Source: Parasitella parasitica NRRL 2501 (Eukaryota > Fungi > Mucoromycota). Taken from it: 64,000 nt of DNA. The stretch lies in assembly GCA_025201805.1 (NCBI GenBank), contig MU619246.1, positions 113,627-177,626 on the forward strand, given 5' to 3'. The notes below the pieces were generated by a model. It ran no database searches. It had not been told where the DNA came from and saw only the letters and a program-made list of their open reading frames with translations. Below, in pieces: positions 48,857 to 62,090 of the stretch (its first letter is position 1; every line of letters starts with the position of its first letter). The position numbers and the translations under genes were made by a program.

Positions 48857-50953
48857 ATGGTTATACATTCACCTCTTCCTGATATCAAAGTCCCTGAAAC
48901 TGGCATTCTGCAGTTTTTGTTTAAAGACAATCCTCACCATATCCCACAAGACCGTAAAATACTCATTGATGCATTGTCTGGAGAGAGCTTGACTTATGGA
49001 AAACTCAAGGACGACATTTTTCGTTTTGCTGCTACACTTCAGGACAAGTTTGGCTTCGAGCGTGGCGACGTTGTCGCTATTTACTCTCCCAATCAGGTTT
49101 GTAAACAAACAGAGGTGTCTACATAAACACTGACAAATATCGTCACCATTCAATAGGTAGATTATTCGGTGCCTTTACTAGGTACTATTGCAGCCGGTAA
49201 GTCAACCAGATATATACTATGAACTTCAATATTGATACGAGGTATCCTGTAATCAGGCGGCTCTACTACACCTGCAAATCCTGCATATACACCCAAAGAA
49301 CTTGCCTATCAAATGGAAATGACTAGTGCCAAAATATTGATTGCACATCCATCCAACCTCGAGCTAGCTTTAGTAGCAGCAGATATGGTAGGTCTTTCAA
49401 AGGAACGCATCTTTGTTTTTGGCGGAGCAGCTGTCAACGGAGTGTTGCCTTACTACCAAGTATTCTTGAATGAGCGTCGTGCTACGCCTGTCGAATTCAC
49501 AGCGGAAGAAGCGAAAGACTCTGTTGCGTATCTCTGCTTCTCCTCTGGTACTACCGGTAAGTTGGGAGGAGTCTGGACATTCAGATCCTGGTTATAATAG
49601 CTATTCTAACCCTTTGGATGCCCTATGAGTAGGTAAAAGTAAGGGTGTAATGACAACGTAAGTATCAGTGGTAGCCTGCCCTGTCATATACAACGTGTAT
49701 AATTGACTTGATGATATCGTAGACATTCTAATATTACATCCAATGTGTTGCAATACTTTACTTTGGATCGTGCGTTTATCAACGCAGACAAGGATACCGT
49801 ACTTGGTGTTTTACCCTTTTACCATATGTTTGCACTTTCGGTTCTGCTGCATTCCATGTTGTATATGGGCATCCCTCTTTATGTCATGCCCCAATTCGAT
49901 CTCGCCCAGTTTTGCAAAGTTGTTCAAGAGCATAAAATCACCTTTTCTGCGCTTGTACCGCCTATCATATTGCTTTTAGCCAAGAGCCCCATTATCGATC
50001 AACATGATTTGACTTCCTTGAAGCTTGTTATTTGTGGGGCTGCCCCTTTGGGCAAGGATTTATCTCAGCAAGTTAGAAAGAGAATCCCTACAATGATTGT
50101 CAAACAAGGCTATGGACTTACAGAGACTTCCCCATGTGCTGTCATAGAGCCTACTGATCGTGTTGTTGATGGTAAGAGCTAACCAGCATGGCGTTTAATA
50201 TATATAAAACATTTTACACATATACCAAATAGGGTCAACTGGTATTCTTATGTCTAATATGACAGCAAAGATTGTCAATGAAGAAGGTAAAGGTAAGTAT
50301 ATCATGATAAAATAAAACTATTGCTTTGGAATGTCTTATTAATAATACCGTACAACTATACCGTAGAGGTTGATACCGGCGAGCGTGGCGAATTATGGCT
50401 CAGAGGTCCAAATATCATGAAGGTACAAACATGAGCAACATTTACATATGAGTATTCCTCACACAGCACGTTGCTTTAAAAGGGCTACATTAACAACCCT
50501 GAAGCGACTGCGGATTGCATTGATAACGAAGGGTACTTTCACTCTGGCGATGTTGCGGCCCACGACAAAAGCGGCCACTTTTTCATCGTAGATCGTATCA
50601 AGGAGTTGATCAAATACAAGGGCTTCCAAGTGCCACCTGCAGAGCTAGAGGCGATTTTGCTCAATTCCCCCATTGTTGCTGATTGTGCCGTAATTGGAGT
50701 ATATGATGCAGAGCAGGCCACTGAGCTTCCTCGCGGTTACATCAAACTAAAGCCGAACATCCCAGAAAGCGAAAAAACCGCCAAAATCATCAAGAAGTTT
50801 GTTTCAGATCAAGTCGTCCATTACAAACAACTGCGCTCTATCAGGTTCATTAAAGAGATCCCGAAAAGCCCTTCTGGCAAAATCCTCAGAAGAATCCTTC
50901 GAGATAATGCAGCAGAAGAAGAAAAGCAAATGAATTTGAAAAATAAACTTTGA
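48857..50953 (+). CDS. 4-coumarate:CoA ligase-like AMP-binding enzyme, many introns, C-terminal NKL
   Basis: LCFSSGTTGKSKGV, QGYGLTETSP, GYFHSGDV, DRIKELIKYKGFQVPPAELE and IPKSPSGKILRR. Confidence 0.93.
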
Positions 50954-51354
50954 TAGAATCGCCTTGTGCAAAGCGATATTAATGTTTGCTACGTAGCTGT
51001 TCAATAAGCTTGCAAGACATGTATATTACTCAAGTGCCATTTTTAACTGTTCATACGTTTTTCAAGTAACTGGTGGAGTGCGATGTAAAGTTGAAAATAA
51101 TTGGGAGCACTGTCAATAGCCGTTACATATTAGAAGCTTGTGCATAATTGTTTTTTATAAAAAAAAGAATTATATGGTGAAAATTTACTGATTCCAGTCA
51201 AATTATCCATTAGCTCACCGAGGAAACGGGATATAGCTGAACCTGTCAAACCTAAAAAAAATTTGTCGCTCTGAAACAGAAGTCTGTAAAAGAAACATCT
51301 GCGTATTCCTCTTGATTGCTAATAACGTTTTTTTTTCTCCCATTTGACTACAGG

Positions 51355-51632
51355 ATGCCACCATCAACCAGCTTGGAGACTCGCGATGCACACATTGACA
51401 ATGGAATTTCAAGGAGAACATCAGTTGCTGCGACATTGAGTAGCGAACGAACAGCCAATCTAGAAAAAGAATTAGACAATACAAACATTGACGATACTGG
51501 AATGGAGAGAAATCCGACAAAGAAAAACAATCTCTTTTTGACATTTGGTGGTCTACAAATTGCATTGTTTTTAGCTGCGCTTGACAGGTAAACATTGACC
51601 ATCGACCCATACATACGCAGAGACTTATGTTT

Positions 51633-51663
<31 letters not shown>

Positions 51664-51665
51664 AT

Positions 51666-51716
<51 letters not shown>

Positions 51717-53772
51717 TTTTTTTTTTTTTATATTACTTAGTACTATTGTTTCTACAGCCCTGCCTCGCATTGGATCCGAATTCAACCAAATGTCGATTGT
51801 AGCTTGGGTTGCTACTGCTTATATCCTGACATTTGACGCTTTTCGTAAGTCTTTGTAAAGCACTACGCATTTTACTGCATACCAATGACACATAACATAT
51901 GTTCAGAGCCACTTTTTGCAAAATTTTCTGATATTTTCGGCAGAAAATGGATTCTAATATTTGGGATTGTCATATTCTTACTAGGCTCAGTGCTCTGCGG
52001 CGCTGCCAAGGTAGTGTCTGTTGCCATAAAGATGGTTTATTTTGTCCCCTTACGTATTGTGCTGTGTAGAATATGATCATGTTGATTGTTTGTAGAGCCA
52101 TTGCTGGTATCGGCGGTGCTGGCATCTTTTCAATGGTAACGTTTTTTTCTATGCGCCTTTCTTGATCAATACTTACTCGATATTAGGTCTTTATCATCAT
52201 CGCTGATTTGGTTCCACTTGAGAAAAGAGGAAGTTATCAAGGGTTAGTCGACGTTATTATAAACCATAATATGCCTTATCCACCATCTGTTTGTCTAGTA
52301 TTGTCAATGCTGTTTTTGCTCTGTCCAGCGTATTTGGGCCCTTGATTGGAGTATGTTTACCGACAACAGGAATAGGATAATTATTGTTTACTGATAAAAA
52401 AAGTTGCACGTGTTGAAATAGGGAAGCTTCACTGACTATGTAACTTGGCGCTGGAATTTCTACATCAAGTAAGTAATATCTGTGATCTCGAGTTGGTTAG
52501 GCAGATCTGTTTACAAACATTTATCTATACAAGTTTGCCCATTGGTGCAGTTGCCCTGGCTGTTTTAACATTCTTTTTGCATCTACCGGTTCCTAAGGGT
52601 GACCTCAAGGACAAGCTCAAGCGGATCGATTATGTTGGTACCCTGATTGTTCTTGCGTTTGCCACTCTCTTCTTGCTGGCTATGAATTTCGGCGGCCAGA
52701 CATTTCCCTGGAAGTCTGCAGCTGTCATTGTTCCTTTAGTCTTGACAGGTCTTTTGGTCGCTCTGCTAATTTTTATTGAGGGCAAGGTTGCTGAGCCTTT
52801 GCTGCCTCCTCGTTTGTTCAAGAACCGCACTATTTCTGCCGTTTTAGCTACTAATTGGTTCTTTGGCATGACGTTTTTCAGTATGGTGTATTATCTTCCA
52901 ATCTACTTTCAGGTTGTTCGAGAAGACTCGGCCATGTGGTCTGGTATTCGCTTGATTCCTATGGAGCTACTGATTGCTGTCTTTTCTACTATCTCTGGCC
53001 TGTTTATCTCAAAGACTGGTATTTTCAAGCCTCTATTACCAATCGGTATGGGGCTGCTTACCTTGTGTGTTGGCTTAATATCCTTGTTTGGTCAAGATAC
53101 TTTGTTTTCAGAGATCTACGGTATCACAGTTATTGGAGGAAGCGGTCTCGGCTTCATGTTTTCGTCTGCTATCATTGCCCTGCAAGCTTCAGCTGAGCCT
53201 AGGGATATTGCCGTAGTTACAGGCCTCGGCAACTTTTCAAGAGTAAGCTTTTATTTGTTCATGGCACAGCAATGCTGATACATTGTTTTTAGATACTTGG
53301 CGGTGCTTTAGGCGTGGCGATCTCGTCTGCTATTTTAAATTCAAGCTTGGCCCAGGACCTTACTGCTCTCGTTCCTGCTGATGTCGTTCAAAATGTGTTG
53401 GCTTCTTCTGAATATGTGAGACATGGTTGTCCTCCAGAGTACGTCCAGGATGTCTTGGATTGCTATCTTGATGCTCTTCGGCTGATATGGTACGTAATGA
53501 CTGCCATGTGTGGTGTTGGTTTTTTCCTGTCGCTCTTCGTCAAACCTGCTCCTATTCTCAAGGCAGACCAAAAGCAACAAAGCGACGCAAGTGCTGACAG
53601 GGATGCCACTGCTGATGCTAAGATTGAAACACCTTGTGCTTTCATTGATCATGAAACTCACCCTGATCACGTCAAAGAAAGTGTCCTCGCCATTGATATG
53701 CAACCATCAAAGGATCAAGTTGCTGCTCACCATCACCATGACGATGGCGCAAATTTGAACAAAAGAAACTAG
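51355..53772 (+). CDS. MFS DHA2-family (14-TM) drug:H+ antiporter, multi-exon
   Basis: LFLAALDSTIVSTALP, SDIFGRK, WRWNFYINLPIG and YYLPIYFQVV motifs. Confidence 0.9.
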
Positions 53773-54361
53773 CGTTCCTCTCTTGTTTCCTTAACCCTAC
53801 TTAGAGTACTGTCTCGACATCTGTCGTTAATACGTTTGTAAATAGCCATTCTAATAATTTCCCCCAATGTATAAATTAACCTTAAATTTGAAGTTTTGAA
53901 CAACAAGTAGTAAACTTTTTTTTTGCAAGTAAGCAAGCAAGCAAGCAATCAAGCGCAAGCTTATTAGAAGTTTTTACATTCAGAGCAGGCATCACCATAT
54001 ATGTAGCCGAGTTGCGCCATTTTGCCGCAAAAAGAATCTCTTTAAGGACATTTAATAATTATGACCTCGTCCAGTACGCAGATCTTTATAAATACAACTT
54101 TCACGAGTTAAAAATTTACAAGCATCACTCTACATGCAGATTAAATGCAGAATACCATTTTGCATGAAAAAGCAGCGTTTTTGGGTGAGCCAACATTTAA
54201 TCCATCAATATGAGAGGGAGCGAGAAAGATTGATTTATCCAACATAATCATGCAAATAGTTGTATTGAGCATATGAACATAAAGGACACTGCTTAGCACA
54301 CAGTTTCAATCTATATTTAGTCGAGAGGGAGGTGTGAATGATAGCATTTCAAATGCAGTGG

Positions 54362-54389
54362 CTTGGCAGTCTAAAAACCTGTATAAATA
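54362..54389 (+). promoter_or_regulatory. PacC consensus site (CTTGGC = GCCAAG) next to the TATA box of pacC
   Basis: CTTGGC at 54362-54367 and TATAAATA at 54382-54389, about 70 nt before the ATG. Confidence 0.4.
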
Positions 54390-54458
54390 CTAGTGGAAAT
54401 CTCATTTATCTCTCGCTTCTTTTCTTTCTGTACTTTTTCTTTTCTTTATACGTATTTC

Positions 54459-56406
54459 ATGAATAACACAAGATATAACTGTCGCTGGGAGAACTGTAGC
54501 AAAATTTACATTGACCCCGAACATCTCTACAGCCATTTAACAAACGATCATGTCGGTCGAAAGTCGACTGGTAATCTGTGCTTAACTTGCCACTGGGAAG
54601 ATTGCGATGTATCTGTCATAAAGAGAGACCACATCACTAGCCACCTTCGTGTGCACGTTCCTTTAAAGCCTCACCATTGCAACGTAAGTGTGTCTACATG
54701 TATATGATTGTTGTTGTTGTTGTTTTTTTTTTTTCTTCCAGTCTTGAATTAAATCACCCTCATTTAGTTTTGTGAGAAATCTTTTAAGCGTCCTCAAGAC
54801 TTGAAGAAGCATGAAAGAATACACAACGACGAAAATGTTGCATCTGCTAAACCCCGGGCCAATCGCTCGTCAGGGTACATGGCACCTCTTACACCTCCAA
54901 GACAAGCTGATATGTCGCTATCACCCAACCCAACTGTAATTAGCCATGCTTCTTTGCAAGTGCCTATTTCACCTCCTCATAGTAGTAGTACATATTCTGA
55001 AGGTAAATACAAACACATTTACTCATCACTATTTTTGACTTACAACTATTTTTCCCTCAGACAGCTGGATGCAGCAACAACAGCATTCTGCTGTATCGCC
55101 CTCATCTGACTGCTACCATAGCTTCAACAGCGCTAGCTCTCCATCAATCAAACACGAGCCCTCCACTCCTTATTCTCTACCCAATTTTATACCTGATGAT
55201 ATCATGAACAATTTGATGTTTGTAGACGAAAGTTCAAACCAGCTGAAAACTGAGTACAATTCAGGTAGAAATCTATTTTTAGTCGACGATATATTAAAGC
55301 TCACTGAATGCATTGTATATTTAGAAATGATAAACAGCCTCGATATGTTCCAGAATCTGGTAGATAACGGTTCTATCAGCCCAAATTCGCTCAGTGTGAA
55401 TAACGAAGAGCAGCTGAACAACTTCAACCTTTGGTTAGCTCAGCTTACCGAGAGCATTGAGGGCGGGGTGGCTGCATCAACTACTGCTACGACTAGTGCG
55501 ACTAATGCATCATATGATTACCCTGCTGTAAAACAACAACAACAACAACAGCAACCCCCACAACCACAACAAACAAATTACGCTGATATGCTGCTCCAGT
55601 TTAACGGCAATTTACCAATAAATGACACTAGTTTATATCCTACTGCAAATGCTGCAAGCAATCCAGAGCAAGACATGTACGTTCGGTCTCAACCTATCAT
55701 GCAATCTTCGACTATGGACTACAATCCTACAACTCCCTCAAAACTCTATGGTGATTACAGCTTTCCAATAATGGACACAACAGCGACGTACAGTTACTCA
55801 AGTGACTTGCCCCAAATGAACGGAATGCGGCACCATTATGTCAATGTACCTGGGATCGTCAACACCAACAATTACTTTACTCCTGACCTTCGAACCACAC
55901 ACAATTTGGGCAGTTCAAAGGACGATGTCAAATACAAGAGATCGCCCGTCGATGCAGAATCCAAAGAAGAAAAGGCTGCCGAACCATTTAAGCCTGTCAA
56001 ACCTACTTTGGTTGAATCCAAAAAGAACGTTACGACCATGATGAATGTGTTTGCTAGCGCAGATGATGTGAATACCACCAAGAAGACGTGCTCCTCTTCA
56101 TCGTCTTCCACGGTTGCTTCTTCCGTCGTCGCTGGTGATGAAACCGACAAGCAGCAGTCCCGTGCCAAGAAATCACCCGTAAGTAACGATGTCTTGGATC
56201 TCTTGGTGAGTGATATGTCAGACTTGGCCATCAAGAAAGAGGAACAAACCGACAGCAAGGAATTATTGTATCCAATTGCAGACAAATCCAAATTAGAGAA
56301 GCACCAACAATTATTGAAACAGTTGAGCCAATGGGTCAATAAGAATTATAAAGACCAGCATAAATCCGTTGATGTATCTTCACCCTCATCTGTTCAAGTA
56401 AAGTAA
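54459..56406 (+). CDS. pacC: pH-response C2H2 transcription factor PacC/Rim101
   Basis: CRWENC...[25 protein letters not shown]....[37 protein letters not shown]. Confidence 0.9.
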
Positions 56407-59067
56407 AGTAAATGTAGCCATTTCTCCTTTTTCTTTTTTTCCTTTTCTTTTTTTTTTTTTTTTCTCCCTGTAATATGCAATAACTCCACAATCTACTCAC
56501 AGATGTTGAATTTTAGCGACTAAAGCTTTCAGATGATTAGATGTTGCATTAATTTGCTGTAATTGATATCTCTTTATAGCTTTTTTTCTCCCTGTATCAT
56601 AAAAATAAAACCGTTATATAACATTTCATTCTTTCCATTACATCATTAGCAAAACCTTAATTGCTTGCATTTGTGGCGGGTGAAAATGTCATATACACTG
56701 GCCATTTAGTGTGGCTCGAGATTTGATTGAATAAAAAAAAGTCTAAATCCGGTAATTCACAGTTTGTCTTAAAAATAGATAATAATTACAATTAGACATT
56801 TTATTTCTAAAGCAACGAAAGTGTACAATATGCCTAGTTTCGTGTCATTATCAGTGGTATTATTCTACAATTAATGGCTATAGCTGATATGATGCCTCAG
56901 GCTTTCAATCAAGAAATAAAACAACCAGAGTCTTTTTTTTTTATTCGATGTAACTGATGTAGTGAGTTTTCCTAACTACCATGATTTATATTACATCGCC
57001 TAAATATGCCTTCAAGGCGTTCGCATGCAACGGAAATGAATTACCAAATAATTGGGAAGGTTTAACGGGGGCAATAAACTGATTTCTGAAATGGGGAGTA
57101 GAAGGAAGTTTTAAATACCATGTAGTTAATGTCGTCGATGAGGAAATGGAATACGATTTTGACATACAGTTCATAATGTAAAAGCCTAATGAGGTTGATA
57201 GAACCTGACAAAATGAAAATACTGGTATTAATTTATATCGGATGCATACTAACGTCATTTCCTCACTACCAAATATTCGTGGCTTTCCAATGCCTTTGTA
57301 AACGGATGTAGTCTATTGATACATTGAGAAAATCCGAAGATTCCTTTTCACAAACCTCAACAAGAATTTCTTCAAAAAATATGGTGAAGGTTGGATATGT
57401 TTTATCTCAATTCTCATCTCTTGCATTTACTCAGTCATAAATAAAGCTTGTTGGATTGGCTACCGAAATACACATGCCTAGATCTGGTAATACGGTGTAT
57501 AAGAGTATCGTAAATACTGGACCGGGTGGGCTAAACATGCCGTAACATTGATTGGGCAAAGATGGTACAATACTCAGGCTACAATCCGACTTGAAGCCCA
57601 TGACATTCCATTTTTAAAAAGAGAATAATATAGCGATTATAGTGCTGTACATCAAAGGAAATCTACATATAAATGATGGGAATTAACTGTAAAAGTTGGA
57701 TTTTTATAAAACAAATTGCGCAACAGTTTTTAATACGTTGCATAATTCTTCATGAAATGAGGGTTAAAAAATAACTTGTATTTCTTGTTAACTTCTTGGT
57801 TGGCTGACATTTTGTTCCGTCTGGACAGCCTTTAATCGACTGTTTAACGCTGTAAAGAGAATTGAGGAACTGAATCCTGAGATCTGCTATTCGTGGCGGT
57901 ATTCGCTTTTGTGGTTCTAGAATCGCTGAGCAATGATGCTTTTTATATAACCTTGACCTGAGAAATGTTGATTGTTAAAAGTTACAATACTTTGATTGTT
58001 GGCATTCTTTGATGGTCTAATCAAGTTGTCAGGTTCTTTGGAATTGACTACTTTCTTTCAAAAGGATGGGGGAATTTGTAACGCCCGGATATTTATTTTG
58101 AGTGCACACTGTGTAGGTTATGGACTTGAGTACCCGGGTACACATACACGCCAACAGAAATTTCTGGCGTATGACCCAGAAAACAGCCATGATGAAATCA
58201 GACGAGAGACATGATGTTTAACAAGCAGAAAATCATGTAAAGTAACTTTGTCGCATTTTATGCAATTGACTTTTGGTTGCCAAATAGCTGTTCTTCAGCA
58301 TCTTAACAAAACAGCTCGCCATTTTTGAGCAGTGATATCCTCGATCGTCAAGGATAAAATGCAAATAACAGAGTATATTTATAATATTCACAGAAAAAGT
58401 GCTCGAGTATTGTTGTTGAAAGATAATTTAAGGATAAGGTATATCGATCGAAATCAAACATGCCAACCTCAGTGATAATAGTAAAAGATATTATATACTT
58501 TTCTAAAAATACATGAGTCTCAAAGTAACCCGGCACGGCTGCATTGCATAATTAATCATCCAAAATTATAGTCCTGTCGTTATACCATGACAACTATAGG
58601 AATGTGCATGGTGACTCCCGGATAGATGGTGATGAAATGAGTCGAATGCTTGATACTCTTTCATTATGACATGTATCGGTGATGTGCATCTCTACCAAAC
58701 CATTGTCTGTGTCTATCATAAGCTTATGGTATTATGTAATTTCATGGAAGAAGAATATTTCTTATACATCGTAACATAGCCGTAAACGATCAAAATATCC
58801 TTGCCTTACTGATTTTAGAGAACTCACTGTCCTTGGTCACCATACATTATGTAGGGCAATAGTCAAGGTTACACACCAAAGGCTTGATTATGCCACTTCA
58901 ATTACACGTGATTTTATGCTAAAATATGTGTCACCATGAGGTTACTGTTTGCGTCTGACTCTTTTTAAAGAAAAGGTAGGCCAAAAGCGTATACTTGATT
59001 GTGTAGATTAAGGAAAAAAAATGTACAGAAATATTTATTATATAGACTAGCAAGGCAAAGAGGACGT

Positions 59068-59095
59068 CAGAGAGAGAGAGAGAGAGAGAGAGAGA
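59068..59095. repeat. (AG)n microsatellite
   Basis: Direct dinucleotide run. Confidence 0.9.
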
Positions 59096-59104
59096 ATAAC
59101 GCTA

Positions 59105-60126
59105 CTATGCTCCGTGTTTAAGTCTCTTGGCAGGTCTATCATCAGGTGAGGTTAAAGATACATCATCATTTGTAGTAGTATTATAAGTGCTGTGGGTGTT
59201 ATTATTGTCGGTATCTGGGGATGCTGCTGTGATATTTGTAGTCGGGAATTGATCATCATCTTGTTGTTGTTCTCTAGTCTCGGGACCTAATGTGATTCCT
59301 TCTGTAAGCACGACAGAAAAAAAAAATGCTAGACATCATGCAAATATTTACTTGTGTTAACATGTTTCTTGGATGTTCTCAAAGCATTTGCCCAAGATTT
59401 GCTAATCAGCCTTCTTGCGCCCCAATAGCCAATACACATATTCAAGGGCACGCCCAAACTGCTAGCTTCCTTTTCTACCATCTCGAACGCAACCCGCTGC
59501 GTACCAATGTCGATGGATTTCCATGATTTACCGACATCTTCTTTCTTCACCATCATGTATTTTTTTAAATCAGACACGACATGTACCATCGTTTTCTGCA
59601 GCTTGTATAATCTAAGCCCTGCTTCCTCGTCACTGACATTCATAAACTCCTTGGTGATGCGTCTTAGCTCTACAAGTCTATTGTCCTTCTTTTTGTTTTC
59701 GTCCAGCAGCACTTTGGAGGGCGCAGGAATACTACGCTGTGACGATGCAGTGGCGGTGACATTATCTTTGTCCACAACTACTGAATACGAAGTAAGGAGT
59801 GGCGGCGCTATGTCATGCTGTTGACTTCTGTTGGAATCCATTATCGATTCCTTCAAAACGTTCAATTCGCTCAAAATAGTGGCGTGACGCTCGTCATAAG
59901 CAGCTAAATCTCTTTGAGCAATTAGGAGAGACTTTTGCAATTCATCTACGGTGTCTCGAAGCTGATTTATAGTTTCTGTAATTTGTTGGTTGTCTAGCTT
60001 TAAGGCTGTGTTCTCATCCTGTATGGCGTTCAAAGTAAGCTTCAGTGTTGAGTAATCTTCAATAAGATCGTCTGACTTTGGAAAGTCATCAGCGGTATCC
60101 TTTGCACAGCTGGTTCTTTCGAGCAT
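59105..60126 (-). CDS. Hypothetical coiled-coil protein with C-terminal basic NLS-like motif (2 exons)
   Basis: ORF 59329-60234 (ATG 60126) spliced to 59105-59311 (RPAKRLK); heptad-like N-terminal half. Confidence 0.7.
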
Positions 60127-60416
60127 TGCGTTTAGATATGAACCCTTTTGATGTATGAGAGAGAAGAAAAAAGAAGGGAAAAAAGATGTAAGGGGGGTTT
60201 TTATAACAAGGGGAAGGAAAAAAGAAAAGTCCATTTATGATCAATGCGGAATAACAAAATGTTAACTTTTGGTCAACAAACCACAAAGCATACAAGGTCT
60301 ACATTAAGGAATCTCAGTTTGCCCCGGGTTCATGCTTGTATGTATAATTGTTTTATTACACATATCCGTCTATCCATTCAGCGTAAAATGTCGCAAAAAA
60401 TACTTGCACCCGAGAG

Positions 60417-60482
<66 letters not shown>

Positions 60483-60536
60483 GCACCAATGAAGATTGTG
60501 CAACAGCTAAAGTACATCGTTTGGGTCATTCATTGC

Positions 60537-61291
60537 CTAACGATAATACAGCTCCAGATTCATACCATCATGCAATTCGTCTAGTGAAATGTTAGCAGAT
60601 ATACGCCCGTAAAATAAAGATTACCCACAGTCTGCCAAAGTAATGTGATCCTTGAACTCTTTGTACCATTTCTTTAAAACAATCTTGCTTGGATCTGTGC
60701 CAATTTGTGCAGCAACTAGTTTTTTGAAGTCCCCTACTAGATCGTTGGGTGCACATTTAACTCGAACTTTTTTACCCAATCGATCATTTACTTCTATTTC
60801 AATTAGACTATATGTGGGTTGTTTCTTTAAAACTTTCTTAACGCCCTAGTTGGGGAAAAAAAAAAGATTAAATGACCGGATCGATTTTAATGCTACATGT
60901 AAATTACCTTTTGTTCGCTAGATTTAGCTGCTGCTGCTGCTGCTGGTGAAGAACGAACTGGGCTGCGAGAATGGGAGCGAGAGCGAGAGCGATGTCTTGG
61001 TGATCTCTTTCTGCCATAATCTGGTGAACGATCTCTGCGGTGGCGAGGTGGAGTGCGAGATCTGTTGCTATAACGTGATGATGGTGGAGGTGAGCGGCTG
61101 CGTCGACGAGGAGATGAACGCTCTCGTCTGTTGCGCGGTGAGCGAGAACGTTCTCGTTTGGACTCTTCCTTGCTATTGCGAGGTTCCTTTTTGGACTCGC
61201 TTTTATCTATTTATTGAATTATATACCAACATTAAAGCAAAAAAAAATTATTGCCTTCCTAACCTGCATTGTGCTTCTTGAACTTGAGCAT
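60537..61291 (-). CDS. HUB1: Hub1/UBL5 ubiquitin-like splicing factor with N-terminal RS domain (195 aa, 4 exons)
   Basis: Exons 61264-61291, 60908-61206, 60629-60845 and 60537-60580 join in frame through GT-AG introns. C-terminus [73 protein letters not shown]. Confidence 0.9.
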
Positions 61292-62090
61292 ATTCTGTTT
61301 GCTCTGTGAGTAAAGTAAAATGGTTTGAAAAGAAAATGAAAAAATTGTTAGCATATGCTTTGACATTGAAGGCAAAGTGACGTCTTTTCAGCAAGCTTGA
61401 TGAAGCTAATGGTACTGTAACCAAGGCTGAGGTGGTTTACAGGTAATGAGAACCAGTGCTGCGATCATGGAGGTGAATATTTTATTCTGCCTACGTTTAG
61501 AGAGCGCAAAAAACTCTTAGTCTATGAGCATAGTAAAGGTCACTATAGTAGTGTAGCCCTTTTAAACACACTGAAGCGCAAATGTATCTACTGGTCGAGC
61601 TTAAAGCTAGACTCGATTCAGTTGGTAAGAGCTTGCAACTATACAATGTCAGCGTCATAATATAATAAAAAAAGAGGTACAATTCATTATGACCTGTGTT
61701 AGCCACTCTTCCTGGTGACAATAGAGACATTGATCTAACCGGCCTGTTTGTCACTTTTAAATGTGGTAATGAATATCTGTTAGTTAGGATACACATAACG
61801 AGTAAGTTCTACGTACCAAGATCTACTCCAAATAAGTTTGTTGCTACATACAGTTGCTGCTGAGACAATTGACGTGATTTGTACCTTTGGACCCATGCTT
61901 AAGCTTCAAAGTGATAATGGTACGCACTGAATTTGTACATAAAAATGAATCGATATCTTTAGCCTGTTTAATTCACATTGACTTTATTTTAAAAGTTTTT
62001 AAAGAGGTGGAAAATTATAGAAGAAACACCTTAATGAAATAAAGGGAATGTGTTGTAGTGATATGAAGGGAGTACGGTATAATAAAGATT

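Noticed and set aside
51637-51728. Very long poly-T/poly-A runs (also 4490-4530, 27771-27834, 41369-41400, 60417-60477) giving poly-F or poly-K ORFs
   Set aside because: Intronic or intergenic homopolymers whose lengths may be assembly artefacts
56900-58900. Intergenic stretch with coding-like patches (similar patches at 10110-10500, 28212-28445, 31760-32200, 38700-39010)
   Set aside because: Possibly decayed genes or transposons, but no motif could be identified
60946-61281. 111-aa plus-strand ORF
   Set aside because: Antisense shadow of the RS exon of the Hub1 gene
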